The notes beneath the pieces are model-generated. The model was not told where the DNA came from. It made no database searches and worked only from the letters and a program-made list of their open reading frames with translations. Shown here one piece after another: positions 1-8,540 of a DNA stretch of 64,000 nt. Source of the stretch: Thermoanaerobaculia bacterium. Its GTDB lineage: Bacteria; Acidobacteriota; Thermoanaerobaculia; UBA5066; Gp7-AA6. The stretch is taken from contig JBBDKM010000096.1 of NCBI GenBank assembly GCA_040879385.1, forward strand, positions 144,150-208,149, in the 5' to 3' direction. The number at the start of each line of letters is the position of its first letter. The first letter of the stretch is position 1. The position numbers and the translations under genes were made by a program.

Positions 1-118
1 AGGCCTTGTTACCCAATTCCTGCCCAGACGTGACCCGCGCGGATGCGGGACTTGCGGGCTAAACCATTGAAAATATTGGGCCGACAACGTACCTTGACGC
101 GTCGCTGGGGCAGAGAGC

Positions 119-763
119 CTATCGCTCGACCGGTTCGCTCTTCGGCGCCACGATCTCCCCCTCGAGCGGCTCCTCCTGGTCCCCTTGCGCCGGCCCCGGC
201 AGTCGGGGCATCTTGCTCTTGTCGTACGCCTGAAGGAAGGCCCGCCGCTCGAGGAGTCTTTTGGTGATCGCGTCGTCCCGGTCGCCCTCGCCGCGAGACT
301 TGCTCGTCAGCCTCATCTCGGCCCCCGTGTAACCGAGCGAATTCTGCATGTGGCGCACGGGCTCGAAGAGCGGATGCGCTTTCAGCCGGTGGCCGATCTC
401 AGTGCCGTCCTTGTCGATCAGCCCGTCGCGCACGGTCACGCCGTCCTCAAGGATCCGATCGACCGACTTCCGGCGGAGGATCTCAGTCTCAACGAACGCC
501 TGAGCCGCGATCGCGTTCACCTCGTCGAGTCCTCCATCCGTCAGCGCCTGGACGGTGGCCGCCATGAGCCCCGGCGCCTCGGGGTGAAGCTTCGCGAGCT
601 GCGCCGTCCGGCCTTCGACTACCGTCACGACGCGGGAGCGCAGGCCGTGCTTCCAGCCCTTCGTGCGGTTGGCGCGCGCGAACTTTTCCGAGGACGGGAC
701 CGGGATCCCCTTCACGCGGCCGCTGGGCTTCTTGACCTTGGGAGCGCGGCGCCTCGGCATCAT
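119..763 (-). CDS. phage terminase small subunit-like protein (P27-family-like)
   Basis: Lies inside ORF 119..1312. The upstream part is Arg/Gly/Ser-rich junk, so the real start is taken at the MMPRRRAPKVKK methionines (763/760). It has a basic N-terminus, then KAHPLFEPVRHMQNSLGYTGAEMRLTSKSRG, which resembles the conserved C-terminal block of P27-type small terminases. Its start forms an ATGA overlap with the stop of the upstream ORF. Confidence 0.5.
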   Translation of the reverse strand: MMPRRRAPKVKKPSGRVKGIPVPSSEKFARANRTKGWKHGLRSRVVTVVEGRTAQLAKLHPEAPGLMAATVQALTDGGLDEVNAIAAQAFVETEILRRKSVDRILEDGVTVRDGLIDKDGTEIGHRLKAHPLFEPVRHMQNSLGYTGAEMRLTSKSRGEGDRDDAITKRLLERRAFLQAYDKSKMPRLPGPAQGDQEEPLEGEIVAPKSEPVER

Positions 764-1014
764 CTCGAAGGTACCCCCGGGGTCAACGTTGCGCCTTCCT
801 GGCTGTGGGGGCAGGGCTGCCCGGTCGTCCTGCAACAGACGCCGGCGGCCAGGCCCGCGGCAAGGCCTCGTCGCTCCGCCCTCCTGACGAGGACCTCGAT
901 CAGCTCGAACGCCGCCTTCGGACCCTTGCGCGCGGACCTGCGGCTCCGCTTCGGATGCTGGGCGACCGCCGCCCGAATCTTGGCCTCGCGCTGATCGTAC
1001 GGGATCCGGCTCAC
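760..1014 (-). CDS. hypothetical protein (phage-like module)
   Basis: 84-codon ORF (MSRIPYDQREAKIRAAVAQHPK...). Its start and its stop both form ATGA overlaps with the neighbouring ORFs, which suggests translational coupling. No recognisable family. Confidence 0.4.
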   Translation of the reverse strand: MSRIPYDQREAKIRAAVAQHPKRSRRSARKGPKAAFELIEVLVRRAERRGLAAGLAAGVCCRTTGQPCPHSQEGATLTPGVPSR

Positions 1015-1337
1015 TCGGCGACGTCCTGGTGCTGCCTGAGGTCGTCCTCGAGCTCGTCTCCGAAGGGGGATCGGTGCCGCCGGGACTTCCGCCGCGAAGC
1101 CGCCCGGTTGCTGTCGAGCGTCCGCCGGTGCAGGGCTCTCTGCTTCGGGGTCTCGAGCCCGCCTCGGAGCTCGACGTATTGCTGAACGAGTCTTCGGAGT
1201 CGAGCCCAGACCACGGGCCCAGGCTCGTCGAGCATGTCGTAGACGCTGTCAACCGTCGCGTCCGCCCTCTCGACAAGCCGCGCCACGAGGCCGGCCCGCG
1301 TCCGCTCTTCACAGCGGGGGATAGAAAGCCCTCGCAT
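1011..1337 (-). CDS. hypothetical protein (phage-like module)
   Basis: C-terminal part of ORF 1011..1595. The first start of that ORF lies inside the tRNA-Ser gene, so an internal ATG at 1337 (MRGLSIPRCEERT...) is proposed. The start is uncertain and no family was recognised. Confidence 0.35.
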   Translation of the reverse strand: MRGLSIPRCEERTRAGLVARLVERADATVDSVYDMLDEPGPVVWARLRRLVQQYVELRGGLETPKQRALHRRTLDSNRAASRRKSRRHRSPFGDELEDDLRQHQDVAE

Positions 1338-1567
1338 CACGGCCAGGACATCCGCGATCCTGCGGGCAACTGCCGGGCCGCATGCCGTGGCGACGAGCCA
1401 TCTGCCGCGTCGGATCTCGTTTCCGACGACCTCCAGGCGAGGCTCTTTCTGAGAGTCTTTCTGGGAACGGCCTACCGGAGGCGACCTTTTTCGGATCCGC
1501 TTCCGTGGTGCGGAGACCGAGATCGCCCGTGTTTTCAGGGGCGACTTGGTAGCCCGCGGTCGAGGGA

Positions 1568-1657
1568 TGGCGGAGAGGGTGGGATTTGAACCCACGAGAC
1601 CCTTTCGGGCCTACCGGTTTTCGAGACCGGCCTGATCAACCACTCCAGCACCTCTCC
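1568..1657 (-). tRNA. tRNA-Ser (anticodon CGA), CCA encoded
   Basis: The reverse complement reads GGAGAGGTGCTGGAGTGGTTGATCAGGCCGGTCTCGAAAACCGGTAGGCCCGAAAGGGTCTCGTGGGTTCAAATCCCACCCTCTCCGCCA. It has a 7-bp acceptor stem and an anticodon stem CCGGT/ACCGG with loop CTCGAAA. It also has a long variable arm (GGCCC-GAAA-GGGTC) and a T arm GTGGG-TTCAAAT-CCCAC. Confidence 0.95.
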
Positions 1658-1802
1658 GGGCGGTCGGGACCGCGAATCCTAGCCGATTCGGCTCCTGTTG
1701 TCAGTTTGAGAGCCGAAGGGTCCGGCTCATAGGGCCATGCGAGTAAACGCTGGCCTGCGGCCAGCGTTGCCTACTGCCGGGGGTCTGCCTTCGGTGGTCG
1801 GC

Positions 1803-1840
1803 TCGAGACCGGCCTGATCAACCACTCCAGCACCTCTCCG
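1803..1840 (-). repeat. pseudo-copy of tRNA-Ser 5' half (nt 1 to anticodon), copy B
   Basis: The 38-nt string tcgagaccggcctgatcaaccactccagcacctctccg is identical to 1621..1658 of the intact gene. Identity ends exactly 3' of the CGA anticodon. Confidence 0.9.
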
Positions 1841-2033
1841 CAGTTGAACGGCGAATCCTAGCTGATTCGCTGAGTGAAGTCAGGTTCGGAGAGTCTCGCG
1901 TCGAGTCGCAGGCGAGTAAGCGCCAGCCTCCGGCCGGCGCTGCCTACTGCCGGGGGCTTGCGATACCGCCGTGCTTCGCACGGCGTTCCCTACTGCTGCG
2001 GGTCTGCCTTCGGTGGTCGGGTCAGTGGCCGGC

Positions 2034-2071
2034 TCGAGACCGGCCTGATCAACCACTCCAGCACCTCTCCG
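2034..2071 (-). repeat. pseudo-copy of tRNA-Ser 5' half (nt 1 to anticodon), copy C
   Basis: The same 38-nt string as 1621..1658 and 1803..1840. As with the other copies, it is followed at higher coordinates by a (g/c)(a/c)atcctagcYgattc box. Confidence 0.9.
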
Positions 2072-2166
2072 CAGGGGTGGAACCGCGCATCCTAGCCGAT
2101 TCCGTCCGCTGAAGTCAGCTGCCGAAAACCGCCGCTCGACGAATCCGTAATAATGGCGAGCTCCGC

Positions 2167-3093
2167 ATGGAAAACGCGATCGAACTGACGCACGTCTCGA
2201 AATCCTTCGGCCGTTTCAAGGCCGTGGACGACCTGTCGCTCCAGGTCCCCCGGGGAACCATGTTCGGGCTGCTCGGGCCAAACGGCGCCGGCAAGACCAC
2301 GACGATCCGGATGATCATGAACATCACCGCGCCCGACAGCGGCGAAATCCGGATCCTGGGCCGCCCGATGGACCGCGCCATGCAGGACCGCATCGGCTAC
2401 CTGCCCGAGGAGCGCGGTCTTTACCGGAAGATGAAGGTGATCGATCATCTCTACTTCCTCGCCGCCATCAAGGAGGTCTCGCGCGACACCGCCAGGGAGC
2501 GCATCGCCGCGTGGCTCGACAAGATGGAGCTGCGGCCCTGGCTCAACAAGAAGGTCGACGAGCTCTCCAAGGGCATGCAGCAGAAGATCCAGTTCATCGC
2601 GACAATCGTCCACGATCCCGAAATCCTGATCCTCGACGAGCCGTTCGCGGGCCTCGATCCGATCAACGTCGCCCTGATGCGCGACTACTTCCTCGACTTC
2701 CGCGCCCGCGGCAAGACCATCATCTTCTGCACGCACGTGCTGGAGCAGGCCGAGAAGCTGTGCGATGAGATCTGTCTGATCTCACGGTCGAAGAAAATCC
2801 TCGAGGGCTCGCTGAAAGAGCTGAAGCGGCGCGACTCCGAGGGGCTCATCCGCCTCTCCGCCAACGCCACGCTGGCCGAAATCGGGGGGCTTCCCGGGGT
2901 GGCCACCGCGAAGGCCGCCGACGGCGGCTTCGTGATCAGCCTGGCGCCGGGCGTGGACCAGCGCGAGTTCCTCAAGCGCGCGCTCGACCGATTCCCGATC
3001 GAGGCCTTCTCCCGCAGAGAGCCGGACCTGGAAGAGATCTACCTCGACGCGGTCAAGGGCGCCGGTCTGGAAGAAACCCGCACCATCGAATGA
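2167..3093 (+). CDS. ABC transporter ATP-binding protein (ABC-2/NatA-like)
   Basis: Walker A GPNGAGKTT, ABC signature LSKGMQQK and Walker B ILILDEPFAGLD, with an extra C-terminal domain. The permease gene follows 8 nt downstream. Confidence 0.93.
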   Translation: MENAIELTHVSKSFGRFKAVDDLSLQVPRGTMFGLLGPNGAGKTTTIRMIMNITAPDSGEIRILGRPMDRAMQDRIGYLPEERGLYRKMKVIDHLYFLAAIKEVSRDTARERIAAWLDKMELRPWLNKKVDELSKGMQQKIQFIATIVHDPEILILDEPFAGLDPINVALMRDYFLDFRARGKTIIFCTHVLEQAEKLCDEICLISRSKKILEGSLKELKRRDSEGLIRLSANATLAEIGGLPGVATAKAADGGFVISLAPGVDQREFLKRALDRFPIEAFSRREPDLEEIYLDAVKGAGLEETRTIE

Positions 3094-3100
3094 GGCGCGC

Positions 3101-4432
3101 ATGAACTGGAAGAAGATCTTCGCCATCGTCCGCCGGGAGTACCTCGAGCGGGTGCGCACCAAGGCTTTCTGGTTCGCGACGCTCCTGATCCCGGTGCTCT
3201 TCCTCGGGTACATTGCCATCCAGGTCGCGATCTCGCGGAAGACGGGAGGCGAGCGCAAGCTCGTCGTTCTGGACCCGACCGGCTCCCTCTACGCGCCGCT
3301 GGCCCGGGAGCTCGCGGAGACCGAAGCGCGCCAGAAGAAGGAAGCCTCCGGCTCCCGCGGCCCCCACTGGGAGCTCGAGCAGCACCCCGTCGCGGGCAGC
3401 CTGGCCGAGACCAAGGAGGCTCTGCGCAAGCAGGTCCTCGAAAAGACGATCAACGGCTATCTGGTCCTCGATCCCGCGCTCCTCCAGAAGGAAGAGGTCG
3501 AGTACTACTCGACGACCGTTTCAGACTTCATCGCTCTCAACCAGCTTCAGTCGGCGGTGAATCGCGTCTGGATGCGTCAGAAGATGGCCGCGCGGGGGTT
3601 GCCCCCCGACCTGACGGCGGAGCTCGAGAAGAGCATCAATCTCCGGCCCTTCAAGGTGACGGAGAAGGGCACGTCGGAAGAGAAGGGCGCCGGCATCCTG
3701 GCGGCCCTCATCTTTCTCGTCCTCATGTATTCGACCTTCTTCATGTACGGCTACCAGGTCATGCGGGGAGTCATCGAAGAGAAGAGCAGCCGCATCGTCG
3801 AGATCATCATCGCGTCGGTGCGGCCGACCGAGCTCATGCTCGGGAAGATCATCGGGATCGGCCTCGTCGGCCTCACACAGTATTTTGCCTGGTCGCTCGT
3901 CGCGATGAACCTGTCGCTGCCCGCCATCGCCACTCTCCTTTCCGGGGGCGGCGACCTGGGCGTGCCGCGCATCCCCCTCTCCATGCTCGGCTATTTCATG
4001 CTGTTCTTCCTGCTCGGCTATTTCCTGTACGCCAGCATCTACACGACGATCGCCGCGCCCTTCAACACCGATCAGGAAGCCCAGCAGCTGGCCATGATCC
4101 CCATGATGCTCATCCTCAGCGGGTTTCTCTTTTACCCGGCCGTCATGAACAATCCCAATGGCGATGTGGCCGTGTTCTTCTCGATTTTTCCGTTCACCGC
4201 CTCGCTCGTGATGTTCTTCCGCACGGCTCTCTCGGAGCCGCCTCTCTGGCAGATCGCCCTGTCGATCGCGCTGCTGCTCACGACGACGGTCGCCCTCGCC
4301 TGGTTCGCCGGCCGCATTTACCGGGTGGGCATCCTGATGTACGGCAAGAAGCCCACGATCCCCGAGATCCTGCGCTGGGCCCGCTACTCGCCCGGAAAGG
4401 CCGCGCAGCCAGAGGCCAAGCGGGCGTCTTAG
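3101..4432 (+). CDS. ABC-2 type transporter permease (NatB-like)
   Basis: 443 aa. It has an N-terminal TM helix, then a long soluble loop, then a cluster of about 5-6 hydrophobic helices. It sits immediately after the ATPase gene. Confidence 0.8.
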   Translation: MNWKKIFAIVRREYLERVRTKAFWFATLLIPVLFLGYIAIQVAISRKTGGERKLVVLDPTGSLYAPLARELAETEARQKKEASGSRGPHWELEQHPVAGSLAETKEALRKQVLEKTINGYLVLDPALLQKEEVEYYSTTVSDFIALNQLQSAVNRVWMRQKMAARGLPPDLTAELEKSINLRPFKVTEKGTSEEKGAGILAALIFLVLMYSTFFMYGYQVMRGVIEEKSSRIVEIIIASVRPTELMLGKIIGIGLVGLTQYFAWSLVAMNLSLPAIATLLSGGGDLGVPRIPLSMLGYFMLFFLLGYFLYASIYTTIAAPFNTDQEAQQLAMIPMMLILSGFLFYPAVMNNPNGDVAVFFSIFPFTASLVMFFRTALSEPPLWQIALSIALLLTTTVALAWFAGRIYRVGILMYGKKPTIPEILRWARYSPGKAAQPEAKRAS

Positions 4433-4499
4433 TCCGGCTCGGTAACCGGGAGGAGGGTTGCCGGCCCTCACTCCCTGTGCTACTTTTCCCGCCCCGTTC

Positions 4500-4574
4500 G
4501 GCCCATTCGTCTAACGGTTAGGACGCGGCCCTCTCAAGGCCGAAATACGGGTTCGATTCCCGTATGGGCTACCA
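4500..4574 (+). tRNA. tRNA-Glu (anticodon CTC), CCA encoded
   Basis: GGCCCATTCGTCTAACGGTTAGGACGCGGCCCTCTCAAGGCCGAAATACGGGTTCGATTCCCGTATGGGCTACCA. The anticodon stem is CGGCC/GGCCG with loop CTCTCAA, and the T arm is ACGGG-TTCGATT-CCCGT. Confidence 0.93.
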
Positions 4575-4708
4575 GTTCCCGCGACCTTCTCAGGCACATG
4601 CCGCGTCCCGGACGTCCAGTTCGGATGAGCGGCACGCACGCGAGGGGTACGGCACCCGCATCGGGGTCATTTTGAGCATAGAATCAGCGCCAAATTGAGG
4701 AGGAAAGC

Positions 4709-5200
4709 ATGAAGACTCGATTCGTCTCACTCTTGCTCTTGGGCGTGTTGGTGGCAGTCGGTTTATCCGCGCAGACGAAGACATCCGGTACGGCCACGTG
4801 CAAATCGGATCCCGCTTCCCCGCCCCCGGTTGCCCTCACCGACAAGCCCAACCACTCCTTCGTGGTCGGCAAGGCCCAGTGCACCTGGACCAATTTTGCG
4901 GTGGCGGGCCTGCAGTATAAGGATGGCACCTCCACCTCTCTGAATGAGATCACCGGGGACACGAGTTCGTTCAACGGCTATCACGTGGCCACGATGACCA
5001 ACGGCGACACGACGGTCTCCAAGTTTCAGGGCTCGGGCAAGGTGAAGGACGGAAAGCCCCTGAGCGGCGAGGGCACCTGGAGCTTCACGAGCGGCACCGG
5101 GAAGCTGAAGGGCATCAAAGGCAAGGGCACCTTCAAGGGCACGGCCAACGCGGACGGGGACGTGACGTACCAAGTCGACGGTGAGTACTCGCTGCCGTAG
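4709..5200 (+). CDS. secreted hypothetical protein
   Basis: A GAGGAGG RBS lies about 7 nt upstream of the ATG. The signal peptide is MKTRFVSLLLLGVLVAVGLSAQ, and the mature part is Gly/Thr/Lys-rich and beta-like. Confidence 0.7.
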   Translation: MKTRFVSLLLLGVLVAVGLSAQTKTSGTATCKSDPASPPPVALTDKPNHSFVVGKAQCTWTNFAVAGLQYKDGTSTSLNEITGDTSSFNGYHVATMTNGDTTVSKFQGSGKVKDGKPLSGEGTWSFTSGTGKLKGIKGKGTFKGTANADGDVTYQVDGEYSLP

Positions 5201-5413
5201 CGGCAAGGCCCCTACATCCCCGGCTTGCGCGACCCTCGCGAGCAGAATCTCCGGCGGGCGTTTGACGGAATAATCCGCCCGAGAGGAATCGCTGGACTCT
5301 CACGCTCCCTTGGTTACGCATAGCTGACGTCCGAGAGACCGGACACGGCGACGACGGCCCGGCGGCGGCTGGGCGGAACCGACTGGCAGGACAGCGCCGT
5401 AGGACCTAGGGAA

Positions 5414-5626
5414 TCAGGCCGAGGGACGACTCCCCTTTCTCGCTGGCGGGTAGCGGGAAGGTTTAGGTTTCCATCTGATTAACATCGAAGCGATCAACTC
5501 ACGCTTATCAGGCAGAACATGAATGTTCCACATCCTGTTACCTCTGACGTCATCTCCCTGTTTCCATATCCACATGGGAGGTATCGAGTAGCGTGAGAAG
5601 CCGCGATTCCAAAGGGCTTCGAACAC
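5414..5626 (-). CDS. hypothetical small protein in low-GC patch
   Basis: 70-codon ORF (MFEALWNRGFSRYSIPPMWIWKQGDDVRGNRMWNIHVLPDKRELIASML...). Its aromatic-rich composition is unlike the shadow ORFs, and it lies in a locally AT-richer stretch. No family was recognised, and it may be a gene fragment. Confidence 0.25.
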   Translation of the reverse strand: MFEALWNRGFSRYSIPPMWIWKQGDDVRGNRMWNIHVLPDKRELIASMLIRWKPKPSRYPPARKGSRPSA

Positions 5627-5738
5627 CTATCCACGCTATCGATTCACCGCCTGCCTAAGCTCTTCAGCGCTCCCGAGCCAATCTCGGATGCGGTTCCAAT
5701 TCGAGGCGGTATGGGCTACCAAGCTTCTCGCCCCTCTT

Positions 5739-7370
5739 CTACGACGGCTGCACGCACTCTTGAGGTGGAGGTGCCGCGCCATGGAGGGTCGAGCGGGTAA
5801 CCAGCGCGCGGAGCATCTGCAGCATGACGCGCACGGCGCGCGGGTCGCGGTTGGACATGACCACCACGGTGTAGCCGGTTTCGGGAAAGTGATAGACGAA
5901 CGAGGCGATGCCGAGGTCGCCACCCTGGTGGCCCACCATGGTGTGCCCGTTGCGGCTGGTCACCTCGAAGCCGAGGCCGGGCGAGGTCTCCGGCTGCTCG
6001 CCGCGCCGGCCTCCGACCGCCGGCCCCTGCGCGGAGGTCATCAGCTTCACCATCGCCGGGCTGGTCAGCTTGCCCGACCGGAAAGCAATATCGAAGGCCA
6101 TCAGATCGTCTCCCGTGGCGGAGGCGCCACCTTGGGGGCCGCCCCGCCCCCCGTGCTGCAGCACGGCGCTGCGCGGGCGGCCGAGCCGATAGATGTAGCC
6201 CGTCTCGCCCCTGTCCATGAAGTTGGTCAGCGGAGTGGCCAAGCCCGTTGCCTCGTCGTCCGCCATCGGATAGGAGCTGTGCATCATGCCGGCGGGAACG
6301 AAAATGTGGTCGTGGACGTAGTCGTAGAAATCCCGGCCGCTGAGCTTTTCGACGATGGCACCCAGCAGGATGTAGCCAGCGTTGGAGTATTCGTACTTGG
6401 CTCCGGGCTCGCTCGACAGCGGCCGTCCCACCACCAGCTCCATGTAGCCGGGCACGGTGCGGATGCGCGTGCGCAGTATCGGCCACTTCGGGTGGTCGTA
6501 GAGGTCGCCGAGCCCGGAGGTGTGGGTGAGCAGCTGGCGGATCGTGACGCGATCGCGCACCACCGGATCGGAGTAGCCGGGCAGCACTTTCCCGACCGTA
6601 TCGTCCAGCGACAGCTTGCCGGCGTCGATCAGCTGGGCGATCGCCACGGCGGTGAAGCTCTTGCCGATCGACGCCGTGCTCAGCCGGGTGGTCAGCGTCA
6701 TGGTTGCGTCATAGGCGAGGCTGGCTTTGCCGTAAGCGCGACGGAAGACAACCCGATCGTCCTTCGCGATCAAGACCACGCCGGACATGTCGCCCACCCT
6801 GTCGTAGGCCGCGGCGAGAGCCTGTGTCGCACGCACCACCTCCGCGGGGGCGGGCGTCTTCAGGCCAGGGCCGGCGGGATAGATGTCCTGAGCGGTGAAG
6901 TCGACGATGCCCTCGGCGTCACGCTTGAGGGTGAGGCAGTAGGAGATGCCGGTGAGCCGGGAGCGGCCGCGGGCCTGTTCCCATTCCGCCGAGGCCCGCA
7001 CGATCCGCTCGAAAACTAGACCGCGCGTGTCGGTGAAGATTCGCGCCAGGGAGGAGGCGTGATCCTCGGCAGGGTATTCCTCGAGCGCCGCGCGCGACCA
7101 GTGCCGCTCGATGAACCGCTCGTACGCCGCTTGGTCACCGGTCTGTAACACCGAGACCAGCTGCTCGAGCTGCCCGGTGTTCGGAGCTGGGCGGGTCTGG
7201 GCGCCGGCGTGCACGCCGACTCCGCAAACGGCCACGCAGACCATTGCCACCGCTATCACCCAAGTCCGACCTCCACCGAGAGCCATAGCGCCGCCTCCTA
7301 GAGTGCGCCCGCACGCTACCGAGACGACAAAGCCCCGTCTTGTTCCTAGTGGCACCCTTGTCAAAAGCAA
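5739..7370 (-). CDS. beta-lactamase-fold serine hydrolase (class C / PBP4*-like)
   Basis: S-x-x-K motif in ASIGKSFTAVAIAQL and Y-x-N motif in YEYSNAGYILLG. A signal-peptide-like MALGGGRTWVIAVAMVCVAVCGVGVHAGAQ suggests the true start may be the internal ATG at 7286. Confidence 0.8.
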   Translation of the reverse strand: MLLTRVPLGTRRGFVVSVACGRTLGGGAMALGGGRTWVIAVAMVCVAVCGVGVHAGAQTRPAPNTGQLEQLVSVLQTGDQAAYERFIERHWSRAALEEYPAEDHASSLARIFTDTRGLVFERIVRASAEWEQARGRSRLTGISYCLTLKRDAEGIVDFTAQDIYPAGPGLKTPAPAEVVRATQALAAAYDRVGDMSGVVLIAKDDRVVFRRAYGKASLAYDATMTLTTRLSTASIGKSFTAVAIAQLIDAGKLSLDDTVGKVLPGYSDPVVRDRVTIRQLLTHTSGLGDLYDHPKWPILRTRIRTVPGYMELVVGRPLSSEPGAKYEYSNAGYILLGAIVEKLSGRDFYDYVHDHIFVPAGMMHSSYPMADDEATGLATPLTNFMDRGETGYIYRLGRPRSAVLQHGGRGGPQGGASATGDDLMAFDIAFRSGKLTSPAMVKLMTSAQGPAVGGRRGEQPETSPGLGFEVTSRNGHTMVGHQGGDLGIASFVYHFPETGYTVVVMSNRDPRAVRVMLQMLRALVTRSTLHGAAPPPQECVQPS

Positions 7371-7403
7371 ACGCCGCCGCGGCGAGGAGAAATGCGGAGA
7401 GAG

Positions 7404-8282
7404 TCACCCGCCAGCGACTCCGGGAGCGAACAGGCGGCGGTACTGGCCCGGTGTCATCGTGGTGACTCGCTTGAAGCTCTTGGTGAGCTGAGCCTGGTCT
7501 GCGAAGCCGCTGTCGAGAGCGACCTCGGCAATCGTCGTGCCCGACCTCGCCAGCAACTCAGCAGCATGTCGGACCCGGCGCTCGCGGACCATCTCTCCTA
7601 CGGTTCGACCGTAGACTCGACGAAAGCATCGACTGAGATGGAGCGGCCCGACACCGACCGCTTCGGCGACCCCATTGACGGTGAGCTTGCGCTGGAAGCA
7701 GTCGTTGACCAGCTCGTGAGCCTGACGCAGCCAGGGCTGCAGGGGATCTTCGGACTGACGACGAGAGCGAGTCGTGCGACCGAGCAGCTCCAGAGCCAAG
7801 CCCTCGATCACCACAGGGGATAGGTCGTCGCTCGAGAGCAGCTCGCGGTACAGCTTGATCCCCAGGGCCGGGATCTCGCCCTCCGTCAATGCGGTGGCAT
7901 GGTCGATCCCCAAGGCCCGCTGGCCGCCGGCGCGCTCCACCGTCTCCGGCGCCACCGAGAGCGTCAAGAAGGTCCCTCCCCGACAGTCGGGGCGAAAGCC
8001 GTCCCGGTGGGTGGTGCCGGCCGGATTGAAGATCAGTGTGGGCGGCCCGCAGGTGTCGCCGGCGCCGCGCGCCGTGGTCACCCACCAGCCCTTCACAATC
8101 AGGCAGAAGTGCGCTGCGGCGTGAGTGTGGGTGGGTATCACCTCATGCGCGCGGTCGACGATCTCGGCGAGAGAGAACCCACAGACCTCCAGACGGCGGC
8201 GACGCTCGCCGATGAAGGTGCCGAAGGCCATCGGCTCCGCCTCACCGGGCGGGATTGGATGGTTCTTCAAGATCGGAAGCAT
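7404..8282 (-). CDS. AraC family transcriptional regulator
   Basis: Cupin-like N-terminal half plus a C-terminal double HTH (VNGVAEAVGVGPLHLSRCFRRVYG...TIAEVALDSGFADQAQLTKSFKRVTTMTPGQYRR). Confidence 0.88.
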   Translation of the reverse strand: MLPILKNHPIPPGEAEPMAFGTFIGERRRRLEVCGFSLAEIVDRAHEVIPTHTHAAAHFCLIVKGWWVTTARGAGDTCGPPTLIFNPAGTTHRDGFRPDCRGGTFLTLSVAPETVERAGGQRALGIDHATALTEGEIPALGIKLYRELLSSDDLSPVVIEGLALELLGRTTRSRRQSEDPLQPWLRQAHELVNDCFQRKLTVNGVAEAVGVGPLHLSRCFRRVYGRTVGEMVRERRVRHAAELLARSGTTIAEVALDSGFADQAQLTKSFKRVTTMTPGQYRRLFAPGVAGG

Positions 8283-8540
8283 ATTAAAGCCACGACCGGC
8301 CTCAGGACCGCGTCACGAGCACCTTGTCCACAACCGCGGCCGGGACCCTTACTGCCCTCCACAACGAGATCAAGGCGACGAGTGGCCGGTTGGGGCTACC
8401 ACACCCGCCGTCAGAGTCATCCTGGTCTTGCTGGCTCCGTTCCACCCAAGCGCGTCGGCGATTCGAGCCCATAGCTGCGGCTACTCGCGCGAGTACTCGC
8501 TCAGGGATGTCCGGGTACTCGATTCGAGCTCCGTGGCATC

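Noticed and set aside
5688-7019. 443-aa plus-strand ORF
   Set aside because: It is antisense to the serine hydrolase gene, which carries the SxxK and YxN motifs.
8400-8540. T-arm-like strings (ggcgattcgagccc, ggtactcgattcgagctcc) as a possible tRNA fragment or att site flanking the R-M cassette
   Set aside because: No complementary stems or cloverleaf could be built, so the similarity is probably coincidental.
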